The notes: generated from the letters alone by a model not told the origin. A DNA stretch of 61,019 nt from a virus (IMGVR_UViG_3300020171_000029:1-61019); one strand, 5' to 3'; positions 48,328 to 58,509 are shown, numbered from the stretch's first letter. Translations and numbers: made by a program.

Positions 48328-48477
48328 ATGATGACAGAAAAAAAATTAACACCATTAAAGGCAGTAAAGCAGTATTGTAAAGAGAGTTGTTGTGCTGGAG
48401 ATGTAAAATCTTGGAAAGATTGTTTATCCCCAGAATGTCCTCTTTTTATATATAGGTTTGGGAAAAAGAAAATTTAA
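48328..48477 (+). CDS. Small Cys-rich protein (not in ORF track)
   Basis: LTPLKAVKQYCKESCCAGD...C.SPECPLFIYRFG, 49 aa. Confidence 0.6.
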   Translation: MMTEKKLTPLKAVKQYCKESCCAGDVKSWKDCLSPECPLFIYRFGKKKI

Positions 48478-48568
48478 TGTATAATTGATTAGAATTATAA
48501 GAATAGGTGTAAAAACAGCGTGTTTTTATATATGAAATTTTCAAAAAACACCTATTCTATATAAGGTT

Positions 48569-48796
48569 TTATTTATTTAAAACAGGTAAGTCTCTTATTC
48601 CACAGACTCCAAGAATAACTACAACTCCAGTCCAAATTTGTGTGACTGATAATGTGCCATCAGTAAGCCATGTTACTAATGCAGGCAATATCATTCCAAC
48701 ACCACCTAAAATACCTGCCCATTTTGTTTTACTCATATACCAAGATTTTTCTTTTGCTACCATATTCATGTCCATATTTGTTTTACCTCCTTTCAA
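48569..48796 (-). CDS. Two-TM membrane protein, holin-like
   Basis: KSWYMSKTKW followed by two hydrophobic helices and GIR. Confidence 0.6.
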   Translation of the reverse strand: MKGGKTNMDMNMVAKEKSWYMSKTKWAGILGGVGMILPALVTWLTDGTLSVTQIWTGVVVILGVCGIRDLPVLNK

Positions 48797-48884
48797 TATA
48801 TAATTAATATATATTTTACATATACTCTCCCACTATAAAAAAATTAAAATAAAAAAAATAATAAATTGTTTTGTTGAATTAGAT

Positions 48885-49364
48885 TTATGTATATTTTACA
48901 GTACTATCTTCATCTTCTTGATAAGTTACTGTAACATTATAAGTCATTCTATGTGATGTTTCACCTTCAACTTTAAATTTTAATTTCACTTTAAAATCAA
49001 CCACTGTGCAATCATCAACATAAGTAACATTATAATCATCATAAACTTTTGATACACTAATCTCATTAAAATCATATTCTTCATATTCAAGGATAGTTAT
49101 ATCATTTCCTGCTTCATCTTCTTCATCTTCAACTGCTTTCAGGAATGTTGCAAGTGCCTTATCAAGAACACTTGGAGCTGGTACTTCTACGATGACTTCT
49201 TTAGTAACTTCCACTTCAACTGGAACCTTTACTTCTTTCTCTACTGTAACTGTTTTCTCTACAATTTCAGTAGTCGCAAAGCCAAATGCTCCTATTAGTC
49301 CACCTAATAAGATGCAAATAACTCCGACAGTCAGAAGTGCTGGCCAGTTCATTTCTTTTGCCAT
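48885..49364 (-). CDS. Membrane-anchored acidic protein with V-E-K stalk
   Basis: N-terminal TM, VEKTVTVEKEVKVPVEVEVTKEVIVEVP, acidic C domain; GGAGG SD. Confidence 0.7.
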   Translation of the reverse strand: MAKEMNWPALLTVGVICILLGGLIGAFGFATTEIVEKTVTVEKEVKVPVEVEVTKEVIVEVPAPSVLDKALATFLKAVEDEEDEAGNDITILEYEEYDFNEISVSKVYDDYNVTYVDDCTVVDFKVKLKFKVEGETSHRMTYNVTVTYQEDEDSTVKYT

Positions 49365-49482
49365 GTTATTTTCGCCTCCTTTTCAATTGTATAAAGTATC
49401 ATTTTGAGGTATAATTATTAATTATTTATTGTTTTTAAATGTATTTATTAAATGTTCATTTATATGGTTAGAATATATATTA

Positions 49483-49905
49483 TCAAAATATAACTTTACT
49501 TAGTTTATATTTTATTGTATTAATAGGTCTGAAAAAAGTATCGGTTTGTGGTTCTATAATCCATAATATTTTTTTATCATCAACAAAAACATTAAAAGCA
49601 TGAGTAGTTGAAAGTCCTAATCCAAATGCTCCTCCTTCAAATTTTTCTTTTAATCTACCCAACAAGATTAATGCAAAATCATCACAATCGTGGTATTCAG
49701 ATTTATATTTTTTAAAACTTAAATTATCATATTTAATAAAATCATATACTTCATCAAAGGAATAGAGTTTATATTGTTTATCCATTATTAATGACCAACA
49801 ATTAAATATTTTTTTCAATTCATTATCTGGTATTAAGAGTCTTACTATTGTTAATTCTGGTTGTTTTTTTTCAAAAAATTGTTTAATAAAATCTATAAAT
49901 TTCAT
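49483..49905 (-). CDS. Transglutaminase/papain-like cysteine protease
   Basis: DCDDFA...HAFN...IIEPQ. Confidence 0.7.
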   Translation of the reverse strand: MKFIDFIKQFFEKKQPELTIVRLLIPDNELKKIFNCWSLIMDKQYKLYSFDEVYDFIKYDNLSFKKYKSEYHDCDDFALILLGRLKEKFEGGAFGLGLSTTHAFNVFVDDKKILWIIEPQTDTFFRPINTIKYKLSKVIF

Positions 49906-49906
49906 T

Positions 49907-50485
49907 TTAAATCCAATTTGTTGTATAAGTTATCCTCGCACCATAAATTGATTTAGATGCATCTAAATCATTACTGAAAATCCAATAAGAATAAACTGAA
50001 TTATCAACTGTTCCATTTGTTATTGTTGTATCTTCTACATTAAATTCTCCTGTTGCCATATCTGATGTTGTTCCATCACTTAAAGTTGTTCTCCTTAATA
50101 TCCACGATGTACTTGCACCTCCTGCACTTGCATATACTATCGCTCCTGTTATAATTGCTCCATTTGGTATTCCATTTACTGATGTCATTCCTTTTGAATT
50201 ACCTACACTTGTCGCAAAAGAACCATCTGCTTCTGAATAAAAAACTAAATTTGATGCCGGTGTTGTATAATCTATTGCTTCTTTAAAGGCTAATCCTATA
50301 CAATTCCAATAAGAAGTTTTATTATTAGTAAAAGAACCAGTAATTAAAATATTATTATCAGATTGAGTAATACTATTCAATCTATCCACAAGAGGATTAA
50401 TTCCAGAAGTTCCCAAAGCACTCCCAACTATCGCTCCTGCTGTAAACTGTACTCCAGATGCATATTGACTATAAAGTTCTGCCAT
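49907..50485 (-). CDS. Putative tail tip/receptor-binding protein
   Basis: Beta-rich, IPNGAIITG, YGARITY; end of tail module. Confidence 0.55.
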   Translation of the reverse strand: MAELYSQYASGVQFTAGAIVGSALGTSGINPLVDRLNSITQSDNNILITGSFTNNKTSYWNCIGLAFKEAIDYTTPASNLVFYSEADGSFATSVGNSKGMTSVNGIPNGAIITGAIVYASAGGASTSWILRRTTLSDGTTSDMATGEFNVEDTTITNGTVDNSVYSYWIFSNDLDASKSIYGARITYTTNWI

Positions 50486-50544
50486 TTTTATTTATATATT
50501 AATATTTTGTGATTTTTAAATTTATTTATTTTTAAATTATATAA

Positions 50545-50898
50545 TTATATTACAAATTTAATTACTTGTTGCACTTGAAGTTCTTGCTCACCATCAAATA
50601 CCAAACTTCCTATTAACACTTCACGATTTAACATTGCACTACCTAAAGTGAAAGTTCCAAATTCTTTTAAGATACATCCACTAATATCATTGGGTGCCCA
50701 ATTCGCTATCATAGTAACTTGTTCTGCTGTTCCTAAATCATTTGTATCAACTTGATTTCTATCAAATTCACTTACTAAAACAGTATTACCAGATATATAT
50801 GCAGTTGAACCGATACCAACTCCAATATAATGATTTGTAGTATAACTTCCTATTAATGCTGCTGCACAAATTGATAATCCATGTGTTGTTATTCCCAT
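50545..50898 (-). CDS. Baseplate/tail fibre N-terminal-like protein
   Basis: IT..G, YIGVG.G, L..E..R, LKEFG.F, REV pattern. Confidence 0.6.
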   Translation of the reverse strand: MGITTHGLSICAAALIGSYTTNHYIGVGIGSTAYISGNTVLVSEFDRNQVDTNDLGTAEQVTMIANWAPNDISGCILKEFGTFTLGSAMLNREVLIGSLVFDGEQELQVQQVIKFVI

Positions 50899-50910
50899 CT
50901 TTACCTCCTT

Positions 50911-52419
50911 TTATCCACTTTTAACTATACTGCCAAGTCTCATATCTCCTAATAAAGCAGTAGGCGAATTTAATTGATTATGTCCAGGAACATGAAAATA
51001 AAATGAAGAACCAATACTTCTACATATAGCTTTATATGAATCTTGTACAGTTACACTTCCAGTAGCTAATTCAATATTTGTTATAGATGTATCAACTTCT
51101 GCTCCCTCAAGATTTCTTAATCTTAATTCAACTTCTTTAATATAGCTTGTAAAATCTTTTATTCTTTTATTTACACTCAATGTCAATACATTATTAGAAA
51201 AATTATTTTGTTTTGTAAATGAATATGAAGCATTTAACATCATATAAGTTTGATTACTTATATCATGAAAAGGAATATTAACAATACAGGTTTCTCCAGG
51301 AGTAACATTAACAACTCCATTAACATCAATATCTCCTTGTATTAATGGGTCTTTATATTTTGCTAATAAAGTATTTGCTCGTAAATTTGCTTCATCTAAT
51401 GATTTTATATTTCTATCAATAACTCTCTTATCTTTTCTTCCATAAGTTGATTGACTTGTTAAATCACCACGAATACTTATAAGTGGAGAACTTCTATCAT
51501 ATTCAACAATTATTACACTACCTGTCCATCCTAAATTATTTCCTCCTGTTGTTCCGGAAACAATAACTACTTGACTTGATTGAAAATTTACAAGCCATTT
51601 TACATCTGTATCTGATGGATTACTTACATATAAGATTCCTCCTGGTTGTAGAGTTGTATTAGTAGCTCCACTCCCTATCATTCTAATATTATAAGGTTTA
51701 TCATCTAATGTATAAACACTTCCTGGAGATATTGAACTAAATTCCTCTCTTGCTCCTGTTAAAACTCTATCACCATAAACATAGATATTATTAAAAATCT
51801 CATTATCTGTATTTGTAAAATCAGCATAAGTTGTATTTGTATTATCAAAAGTTAATCCACTACTTACATTATCTCTTTGCTCAAAATGTAAATCTTTATT
51901 AACATCAATATAAAAGAAAAATCCAGATATTTCTGCAAGTTCTCGTAAGGCATCAAATAAACTAATATTATTAAAAGTTATTCTATCAATAGTTATACCG
52001 GTTGCATCAATATTATTCCATGTAATTCCTCTATTTACTGCATTTTGAATTAGCAATCCTTCTGCAATTTTACTTGCCTCTTCATTTTTAAAAATTCTTG
52101 GACTTATAATAATGTCTTGTAGAATTGCACCATAATCTCTACCTCGTATTGTTAATCTTTCATCTTTTTCACTTCCTCTAAATTTTATATTTTCTACAAT
52201 TCCTGTAAATATTTTAGTTGTAGATGGATTGACATCCTTATCAGAATAAATAACAACTTCATCATTCAAACTAAAATCACTTTTATGTCTTCCTGCATAG
52301 TTTATAAAGTCAATTGTAAAATTACTTGTGCTATCAAAATTGTCCATAGTTTTTTCTACTTTCATAGTTTCTGGAGAATATTCAACTCCTCCAATTTCAA
52401 GTTTTGTATATATCGTCAT
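50911..52419 (-). CDS. Baseplate hub/tail tip protein
   Basis: Directly after TMP; IFTGIV, IRGRD, LAEISGF.FYID..KDLHF, N.I.VYG, S..YG. Confidence 0.75.
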   Translation of the reverse strand: MTIYTKLEIGGVEYSPETMKVEKTMDNFDSTSNFTIDFINYAGRHKSDFSLNDEVVIYSDKDVNPSTTKIFTGIVENIKFRGSEKDERLTIRGRDYGAILQDIIISPRIFKNEEASKIAEGLLIQNAVNRGITWNNIDATGITIDRITFNNISLFDALRELAEISGFFFYIDVNKDLHFEQRDNVSSGLTFDNTNTTYADFTNTDNEIFNNIYVYGDRVLTGAREEFSSISPGSVYTLDDKPYNIRMIGSGATNTTLQPGGILYVSNPSDTDVKWLVNFQSSQVVIVSGTTGGNNLGWTGSVIIVEYDRSSPLISIRGDLTSQSTYGRKDKRVIDRNIKSLDEANLRANTLLAKYKDPLIQGDIDVNGVVNVTPGETCIVNIPFHDISNQTYMMLNASYSFTKQNNFSNNVLTLSVNKRIKDFTSYIKEVELRLRNLEGAEVDTSITNIELATGSVTVQDSYKAICRSIGSSFYFHVPGHNQLNSPTALLGDMRLGSIVKSG

Positions 52420-54443
52420 TATAATCTTATTGTATTATTTAATTCTGATTGTAATTCATGTGCAATATCCTTTGCATTAAATCCATTGAGATTATTTATA
52501 TATATATTCAATCCTCCCATTTTATTCGGTGTTTTTGTAGCAATAAGAGTATCTTGTGGATGAGTTTTAATTATATCTCCATTTGGTCTTATTATAGCAT
52601 CACCTACTCCTATCAAGTCTCCAATATTCTTTAATCCAAAAAGAGATTGTATTCCTCCTCCACCTAACTTTTTTTGTAATTGATAAATCCTTGTGAATAA
52701 TGCTTCTATTCTTTCACCATCGCTTATTGTTCTTTCTGCATATATTTTGGATTCTGTTGTTAAAGCATCTATTGCCAAAGTATTTCTTTCTATGGCTAAT
52801 CTATTTGTATCATATTTATCAATAACTCCTTGTATATCTTTTTTGACACTATCCATAGTTATAGTAGATTGTTCTTCTGATATTTTCCATTGTTGAACAA
52901 TTAAATTTTGTTTTGTTCTCCACATATCATATCTATCTAATTCTTTATCAATAGCATCAATTAATTTATTTATATGTTCTATATCAGATTCATCATCAGC
53001 TAATTTTTTTCTTTTTCTTTCTAACTTTTCTAAGTCATTCATTTCATCTAAATATGTTTTCTTCTTTAATTCATTATTTATCTTGAATTGCTCTATGGTT
53101 TCTATTAATCCCTTTTGTTCAGCAATAAACATATCATTTTTTGCTTGTTCTATATTCTTTATATCTGAAAATTCTACATCTCTTTGTAATCTTAATATAT
53201 CTAATTCATTTTGTAATTGTTTTAGTCTATCTGTTTCTTCAATCTCTCCAGCTTCAAGCATTCTTAATTTTTCTACATTAATATCATGTTCTTTTTCTGC
53301 TATTATTATATTTTTTTCAGATTCTCCCGCAAGTACAGCTTGAATATTAGATAAACTTGATAATAACTCTTGAGTTGTTTTTTTAGACTGTTCTATTTTT
53401 TTATTTATATCTACAATCTTTTCAGAAACCTTTCCATATTTTTCAATTAATTTTTCTTGCAATACTAATTTTTCTTGTTCTAATGATATTTCTTTAGGAA
53501 AAATAGTTGATACTTTTTCCTTTAAATCATTCATATATGCTTCATTTTCTTGACTTAATATTTTTGTATTATCAGTTATTTTTCTTATTTGATTTGCAAT
53601 ATCATTTAATTTAGTTAAAATTTCTGGAGATTTTATATCATCTGCAAATATATCATAAAGAACTATTGCTTTACCTAAACTTTCTATCCAATCATAACTT
53701 TCAATTATTGCTTTTCCCATGGCTGATTTAACATTTTCCCATGTCGCAATTAATCTTTGTAATTTTTCTGTATGAGTTTCTGTTGCATATCTCATAGCTT
53801 CTGTTAATGCTGTTCCTTGTTCAATAACTGCATTTGTAAAAGCTTGTTTTCTTTCAACTTCTGTTAATTGATTAGCAGTTTTTCCTAATTCAAAAGCATA
53901 TCTTTTATATGCATCTTCAGCATTAACAATTATACCAAGATTATCAAGAATTAATTTAGATTGTCTTCCAATACCTATTGTTATATCATTGAATGCTTCT
54001 GTAACTGTTCTACCCATAATTTTACCAAGAGCAGCAGACATTTCCATTAATTGTGGTAATTGATTTTGTTCTATTCCTAACATTAATGCTCTATTGGCAG
54101 CTTGCATTAAATCAAAATCAGAAACCATACCTTTAGACGCTTTTTTCAAATCATTTAATAATATATCTGCAGTATCACCAACAACTATATTAAATGATTG
54201 TGCTGCTCTTTCTGTTTGTAAATATGCTTTAACTGATTGAACACCAAATCCAAAAGCAGCTCCAGTAAGTGCAGCATATCCAATTCCAGTATCTTTAAGA
54301 ATTCCTGTTAATTTTTGAAATCCTGTCTGTTGTTTCTGTAAATCTTTATTTAATTTATTAAAATCTTTAGAATATTGGTCAACTGCTTTTATAATTATAC
54401 TAATTGTTGCCCCACCTACTGCTCCTCCTAATATTCCTACCAT
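52419..54443 (-). CDS. Tail tape measure protein
   Basis: IIIKAVD, DLMQAANRA, GIGRQSKLILDNLGI, long coiled coil, D.IIRPNG...HP.D. Confidence 0.88.
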   Translation of the reverse strand: MVGILGGAVGGATISIIIKAVDQYSKDFNKLNKDLQKQQTGFQKLTGILKDTGIGYAALTGAAFGFGVQSVKAYLQTERAAQSFNIVVGDTADILLNDLKKASKGMVSDFDLMQAANRALMLGIEQNQLPQLMEMSAALGKIMGRTVTEAFNDITIGIGRQSKLILDNLGIIVNAEDAYKRYAFELGKTANQLTEVERKQAFTNAVIEQGTALTEAMRYATETHTEKLQRLIATWENVKSAMGKAIIESYDWIESLGKAIVLYDIFADDIKSPEILTKLNDIANQIRKITDNTKILSQENEAYMNDLKEKVSTIFPKEISLEQEKLVLQEKLIEKYGKVSEKIVDINKKIEQSKKTTQELLSSLSNIQAVLAGESEKNIIIAEKEHDINVEKLRMLEAGEIEETDRLKQLQNELDILRLQRDVEFSDIKNIEQAKNDMFIAEQKGLIETIEQFKINNELKKKTYLDEMNDLEKLERKRKKLADDESDIEHINKLIDAIDKELDRYDMWRTKQNLIVQQWKISEEQSTITMDSVKKDIQGVIDKYDTNRLAIERNTLAIDALTTESKIYAERTISDGERIEALFTRIYQLQKKLGGGGIQSLFGLKNIGDLIGVGDAIIRPNGDIIKTHPQDTLIATKTPNKMGGLNIYINNLNGFNAKDIAHELQSELNNTIRL

Positions 54444-54840
54444 TTTGTTTTATTTTTAGATAATTTTTTCATCTTCCTTCTTTTTTTATTTATAAAACGG
54501 AATACAGTATCTCTCTCAAAAAGGGTAAGATTATAAACATCAAATAATGACCAATGAAAATATTCGCATATTTCTAAGTCATTATTTATTCTTTTATTTC
54601 TGTTTCCGTATTCTGAAAATCTTCATTCAATTCAATATAAACTTTCCAAATTTTTTGACCATCTCTCTTTGAAAGATTACTAATCTCTTCTTCTGTTAAA
54701 TCTGTTGCTATACTCAACATTGCTGGAGCATAACCAATTGTTTGAATTTTCTCAGTTATTTCTGGCTTAAAAGTATCTATGAATTTTACTTCTAATACTT
54801 TCACTTTTCTTCCTTTTATTTCTACAAATTTCTCTTCCAT
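54437..54840 (-). CDS. Tail assembly chaperone, -1 frameshift-extended form (gpGT-like)
   Basis: -1 frame open from GAT TTT C (54613-54621) to TAG 54437, encoding ...DLEICEYFHWSLFDVYNLTLFER...; no usable start of its own. Confidence 0.75.
54586..54840 (-). CDS. Tail assembly chaperone (gpG-like)
   Basis: 84 aa between tail tube and TMP. Confidence 0.75.
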   Translation of the reverse strand: MEEKFVEIKGRKVKVLEVKFIDTFKPEITEKIQTIGYAPAMLSIATDLTEEEISNLSKRDGQKIWKVYIELNEDFQNTETEIKE

Positions 54841-54917
54841 CTATTATTTTATCCTCCTTTCACTTTTATGCTTATAATTCTCAAGAAAATTTAATTGAGA
54901 ATAACTTAAATAAATTT

Positions 54918-55895
54918 TTACCAAGCATTGTATTTAACAATACTATCAAATGCACTTCCTGTAACATGGCTTGGAACAAATGTAAAACTTTGTTCTTGAA
55001 CTCCTTCCATTGGACTTGGTATTGTCATATCTGACATCTTACATCCACTTAACACCAAATATAAACTTCCTGCAACTCCCAAAGCACTTAATTCTGCATT
55101 GAATTCACTTCCCGCAATATAATAACTCTCATAAAATGTTCTTGCATTCCCATCATCCATATTCAATGATGATGTAACTTCATATGCCCTATTCAAAGGT
55201 AACAATCCTGTTGCAACTCTTGAGCCATTTAATACTGCATCTCTTTCAATACTATTATTGATACTAAATGTAACTTCCTTTGCATTTCCAACTAATGTTC
55301 CGTCTGGAATTTCTAATTTAATATTATTAAAAAGATATGGTTTAGTAGTTGTTGCTGCTAATGCTACAATCGCTCCCGAACTCATTGTTGAATCCTGAGC
55401 TATGTAACCAATTTCACAATTAACTATTTCTCCAACTCCTGCTATCAATTGAAAACTATCTATCATAGCACCAATAGTTGTCCTTATAAAATTACTTCCT
55501 GCATATCCAACATTCTTTGAATCTTCAATAGCAAAATGATACAATGGGTTACTTGAAACTTGAACTCTATCATCAGAATTTGTTTCTGAAAATACATGTA
55601 AAATTCCTGTTGCTGTTCCACTAATATCTGTAACACTTCCAATTGCAAATCCTAACATTTTCCAATCTTGTGGAAGATAACTTATTGTTCCATTCCATTC
55701 TTTCATACCATCTGCAAAATCATCAACATTTCTATCTGTTGAACCTTGATATCTCACTTGAATAACATTCATATTTGGTTCTAATGAATGGTCCTGAACA
55801 AGTCCTAACCATTGACGAGCTCCACTTATATTTGCATATGTACCACTTTCATACTGAAAACATGTTCTGTTTTGGTCTCCTATATATCTTGTCAT
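54918..55895 (-). CDS. Major tail tube protein
   Basis: ESGTY, FSINNS, R..E; position after tail terminator; GGAGGTGA SD. Confidence 0.8.
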   Translation of the reverse strand: MTRYIGDQNRTCFQYESGTYANISGARQWLGLVQDHSLEPNMNVIQVRYQGSTDRNVDDFADGMKEWNGTISYLPQDWKMLGFAIGSVTDISGTATGILHVFSETNSDDRVQVSSNPLYHFAIEDSKNVGYAGSNFIRTTIGAMIDSFQLIAGVGEIVNCEIGYIAQDSTMSSGAIVALAATTTKPYLFNNIKLEIPDGTLVGNAKEVTFSINNSIERDAVLNGSRVATGLLPLNRAYEVTSSLNMDDGNARTFYESYYIAGSEFNAELSALGVAGSLYLVLSGCKMSDMTIPSPMEGVQEQSFTFVPSHVTGSAFDSIVKYNAW

Positions 55896-55908
55896 TTTTC
55901 ACCTCCTT

Positions 55909-56373
55909 TCAATTTATTATTACCATGAAGCGATATTCACTTACTTTACTTTTTATTCCACTCTCACCTAATTCATCTACATTAACCATAGATTGAAGTG
56001 AAAAATCATGAAGATTACTATCCGATAATCCTGTTGTTGCGTCCAATTGATTTGTTCTTAAATAATCATAAACTTGCTGTGACAATTCATCTCTCTGTAC
56101 AACATTTCTTGCCCATATTCTAATTTCAACATCAATGCTAAGAACTGTTCCTTCGCTTGCCATTCCAAGTTTTCCTCTTTGAATTGTTCCTCTATCAGTA
56201 ATTGTAATTATAGGATAAGTAACAGCTCTTTTAGGATAACTTGTTAAACAAAACTTCTCTGTAGATGGTCTTGAAGAAACCAAAGGGTCTGTAATATTGC
56301 TACGAATTTTATCCCGAATTAAGTTAATTGTATCACTAAGAAATGTTGCACTTAAAACTTCTGTTATTGTCAT
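55909..56373 (-). CDS. Tail terminator/completion protein
   Basis: YPIITI, EIRIWAR...RDEL...V...L. Confidence 0.7.
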   Translation of the reverse strand: MTITEVLSATFLSDTINLIRDKIRSNITDPLVSSRPSTEKFCLTSYPKRAVTYPIITITDRGTIQRGKLGMASEGTVLSIDVEIRIWARNVVQRDELSQQVYDYLRTNQLDATTGLSDSNLHDFSLQSMVNVDELGESGIKSKVSEYRFMVIIN

Positions 56374-56378
56374 ATTTT

Positions 56379-56417
56379 ATTCTCGCTTGAATTTGATTAT
56401 AAATCTCGCTTGATTTA
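56379..56417 (-). promoter_or_regulatory. Twin hairpins with identical AAGCGA loops in 5' leader
   Basis: TAAATC-AAGCGA-GATTTA and ATTC-AAGCGA-GAAT. Confidence 0.5.
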
Positions 56418-56438
56418 CCTAATTATAAATTTAATTTA

Positions 56439-56476
56439 ATTTAAAAATATATTTTTATAAATTATATAATAAACTA
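56439..56476 (-). promoter_or_regulatory. Putative late promoter element (copy 2)
   Basis: 36/38 identical to 4881-4918. Confidence 0.65.
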
Positions 56477-56920
56477 TCTAATAGAAATTACCTTACCAGT
56501 AATTTCAGCATTTATAATATCTCTAATTTTCTTTTCAGTCCTAATTCTTGTATTTCCAAAATGTCTCCTCGGTCCTCCTACAATCTTTGAACTATGCTCT
56601 AAAATTATTGCAACATCTTCTGTTGTCTGTCCAGAAGGATAAGATTTTCTTTGTGGTTTTATAATACCACTTGCTTCACCTAATTTTACAAATTCAATAC
56701 TATTAGCAAATGTTCCAGTGTCAACGGATTTATGCTCTGCTCTATTCCCAATCACACTTTCCTTAACTTCTTCTTGAACATATGTTCCTGCTCTAACAAC
56801 TCCCATATCTGCACCTGCTTTAATTTGTTGACCTTTTGCTTGAAGCATTCTTATAACTTCACCAATTCCAAGAATTTCAACCTGAACAACATTTCCTTTT
56901 GTCCCCCTTACTTGAACCAT
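56474..56920 (-). CDS. HK97 gp10-like neck protein
   Basis: I.G..E, VDTG...NSI, A..LE, PR.HF. Confidence 0.75.
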   Translation of the reverse strand: MVQVRGTKGNVVQVEILGIGEVIRMLQAKGQQIKAGADMGVVRAGTYVQEEVKESVIGNRAEHKSVDTGTFANSIEFVKLGEASGIIKPQRKSYPSGQTTEDVAIILEHSSKIVGGPRRHFGNTRIRTEKKIRDIINAEITGKVISIR

Positions 56921-57354
56921 TATACTTCTCCCATTAAACTGCCATTTGTCAATCTTCTTATAAACAATTTTTTTAAAATTGGTGTATCATTAACATCCCA
57001 TTTTGTAACACCTTCACTCAATAAACTATATTCACATCCCGACATATTAGTATAACTTCCCAATCCAATTTTAATTGTTCCAGATGTATTAATTGCTCCA
57101 CGAATATATAATTTAGTATCATTCATAAGAATCTTTCCTTGCTCTAACAATACTGCATCACTACTTCCTCTCGTATTGCTTATAGGCAACACAACACCAG
57201 AAATCCAATAATCTGCTCCACTTTGTGTTAATTGAACATCATCGTCATAATAACTTCCTGCACCAAAACCAACATTATAATATTTTATTCTAAGTTGTTG
57301 TCCGAATTTTAGTGCTTCAAGAACACCATTCTGAAAATCAGAAATAATTGTCAT
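56920..57354 (-). CDS. Head closure protein
   Basis: FGQ..RI, position between adaptor and gp10-like gene. Confidence 0.55.
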   Translation of the reverse strand: MTIISDFQNGVLEALKFGQQLRIKYYNVGFGAGSYYDDDVQLTQSGADYWISGVVLPISNTRGSSDAVLLEQGKILMNDTKLYIRGAINTSGTIKIGLGSYTNMSGCEYSLLSEGVTKWDVNDTPILKKLFIRRLTNGSLMGEV

Positions 57355-57644
57355 TAGAATATCCTCGCAATTACCATATTAATGATAGCCATAATAACTA
57401 CTGCACCACCTGCCCACTTTGCCATTTTTAGTTTTATTACTCCGATTTCTGAAGTATTATTTTCACTTGCTTTTTGTCTTGTATCAAGTTCTTTTTGATG
57501 TCTTATAACCGACCCATTTAAAGTTTTGAGATGTTCTTCTATCTTTGCGATATTAGTTTTTATTTCAATAATATATTTTAACACTTCATCTTGATTTTTT
57601 ACCATTTTAAGTCCACGTTTGATAATAAGAGATTTTTTCACCAA
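57354..57644 (-). CDS. Coiled-coil protein with C-terminal TM helix
   Basis: IEEHLKTLNGSV..., KWAGGAVVIMAIINMVI. Confidence 0.6.
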   Translation of the reverse strand: MVKKSLIIKRGLKMVKNQDEVLKYIIEIKTNIAKIEEHLKTLNGSVIRHQKELDTRQKASENNTSEIGVIKLKMAKWAGGAVVIMAIINMVIARIF

Positions 57645-57978
57645 GTCCTTCTATTTGTTTAATTCCCAATTGTATCCAACTCGAAGCCGATTGTTCATTC
57701 ATTCCTTTTGCTATGGACAATTCACCAATATTTACAGATTTTGTTCCAACTCCTTGAGCACTCATTAAATTCAAAACATTTCCTATTGTAAGACTTATAA
57801 TTCCAGGTTGATATGATTTTCCTATTGCAGTTGTTCCGATTGTATCTCCAGTCATTGTCTCAGCAAAATAAATTTGTTGGTCTACAATTGTTGTTATTAA
57901 TCCTGTTATACCTGCTGGTACATTTTCTACTATTCCTAATACTACACTTCCTATTTCTATATTTGTAAGTGTTGCCAT
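57607..57978 (-). CDS. Head-tail adaptor protein
   Basis: KSVNIGELSI; position downstream of capsid. Confidence 0.55.
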   Translation of the reverse strand: MATLTNIEIGSVVLGIVENVPAGITGLITTIVDQQIYFAETMTGDTIGTTAIGKSYQPGIISLTIGNVLNLMSAQGVGTKSVNIGELSIAKGMNEQSASSWIQLGIKQIEGLGEKISYYQTWT

Positions 57979-58000
57979 TTTGATTAAAAAAACAAAATAA

Positions 58001-58189
58001 CTAAAATACTGAACCTATTCTTCCTGTACTATCACATTTGATTGGAATTACCGCTAATCCTGATAATCCACATAATAAACATAATTGAACTGCACCTTGA
58101 TTTATAAATTGTGTTCCACTAAAAAATACACGTCCTGCTAAACCAGTATCTGTCCCTGAAGCATTTACTTTCATTATTGTTGCTACCAT
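58001..58189 (-). CDS. Small putative virion protein
   Basis: 62 aa, SG/GS-rich. Confidence 0.55.
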   Translation of the reverse strand: MVATIMKVNASGTDTGLAGRVFFSGTQFINQGAVQLCLLCGLSGLAVIPIKCDSTGRIGSVF

Positions 58190-58204
58190 TTTAAATTAAA
58201 AAAT

Positions 58205-58471
58205 TTAAACAGTTTGCAATGCATGCCATCCTAATCCACCTGCACCATTAACAATATCTCCAATACAGAAACTTCCAGTGCTTGCTACATAACAAATATC
58301 ACTACCTGTTATACTCATTAATACTCCAGATGGGTCATAATTTACAAATATTAAATTTGGTGTTATACTTCCTGCCAAATGTCCATCTTTTATTCCGTGT
58401 GCCATTCCAGGTTTTAACCCTTGAGAAGTCATTAAACTTCCTGTTCCTATATATTGTTCTGTTGTTGTCAT
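58205..58471 (-). CDS. Small putative virion protein
   Basis: 88 aa, GS-rich; GGAGG SD. Confidence 0.6.
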   Translation of the reverse strand: MTTTEQYIGTGSLMTSQGLKPGMAHGIKDGHLAGSITPNLIFVNYDPSGVLMSITGSDICYVASTGSFCIGDIVNGAGGLGWHALQTV

Positions 58472-58509
58472 TTTGTTTTCTCCTCCTTTTTAAGTTATAT
58501 AAATATAAA

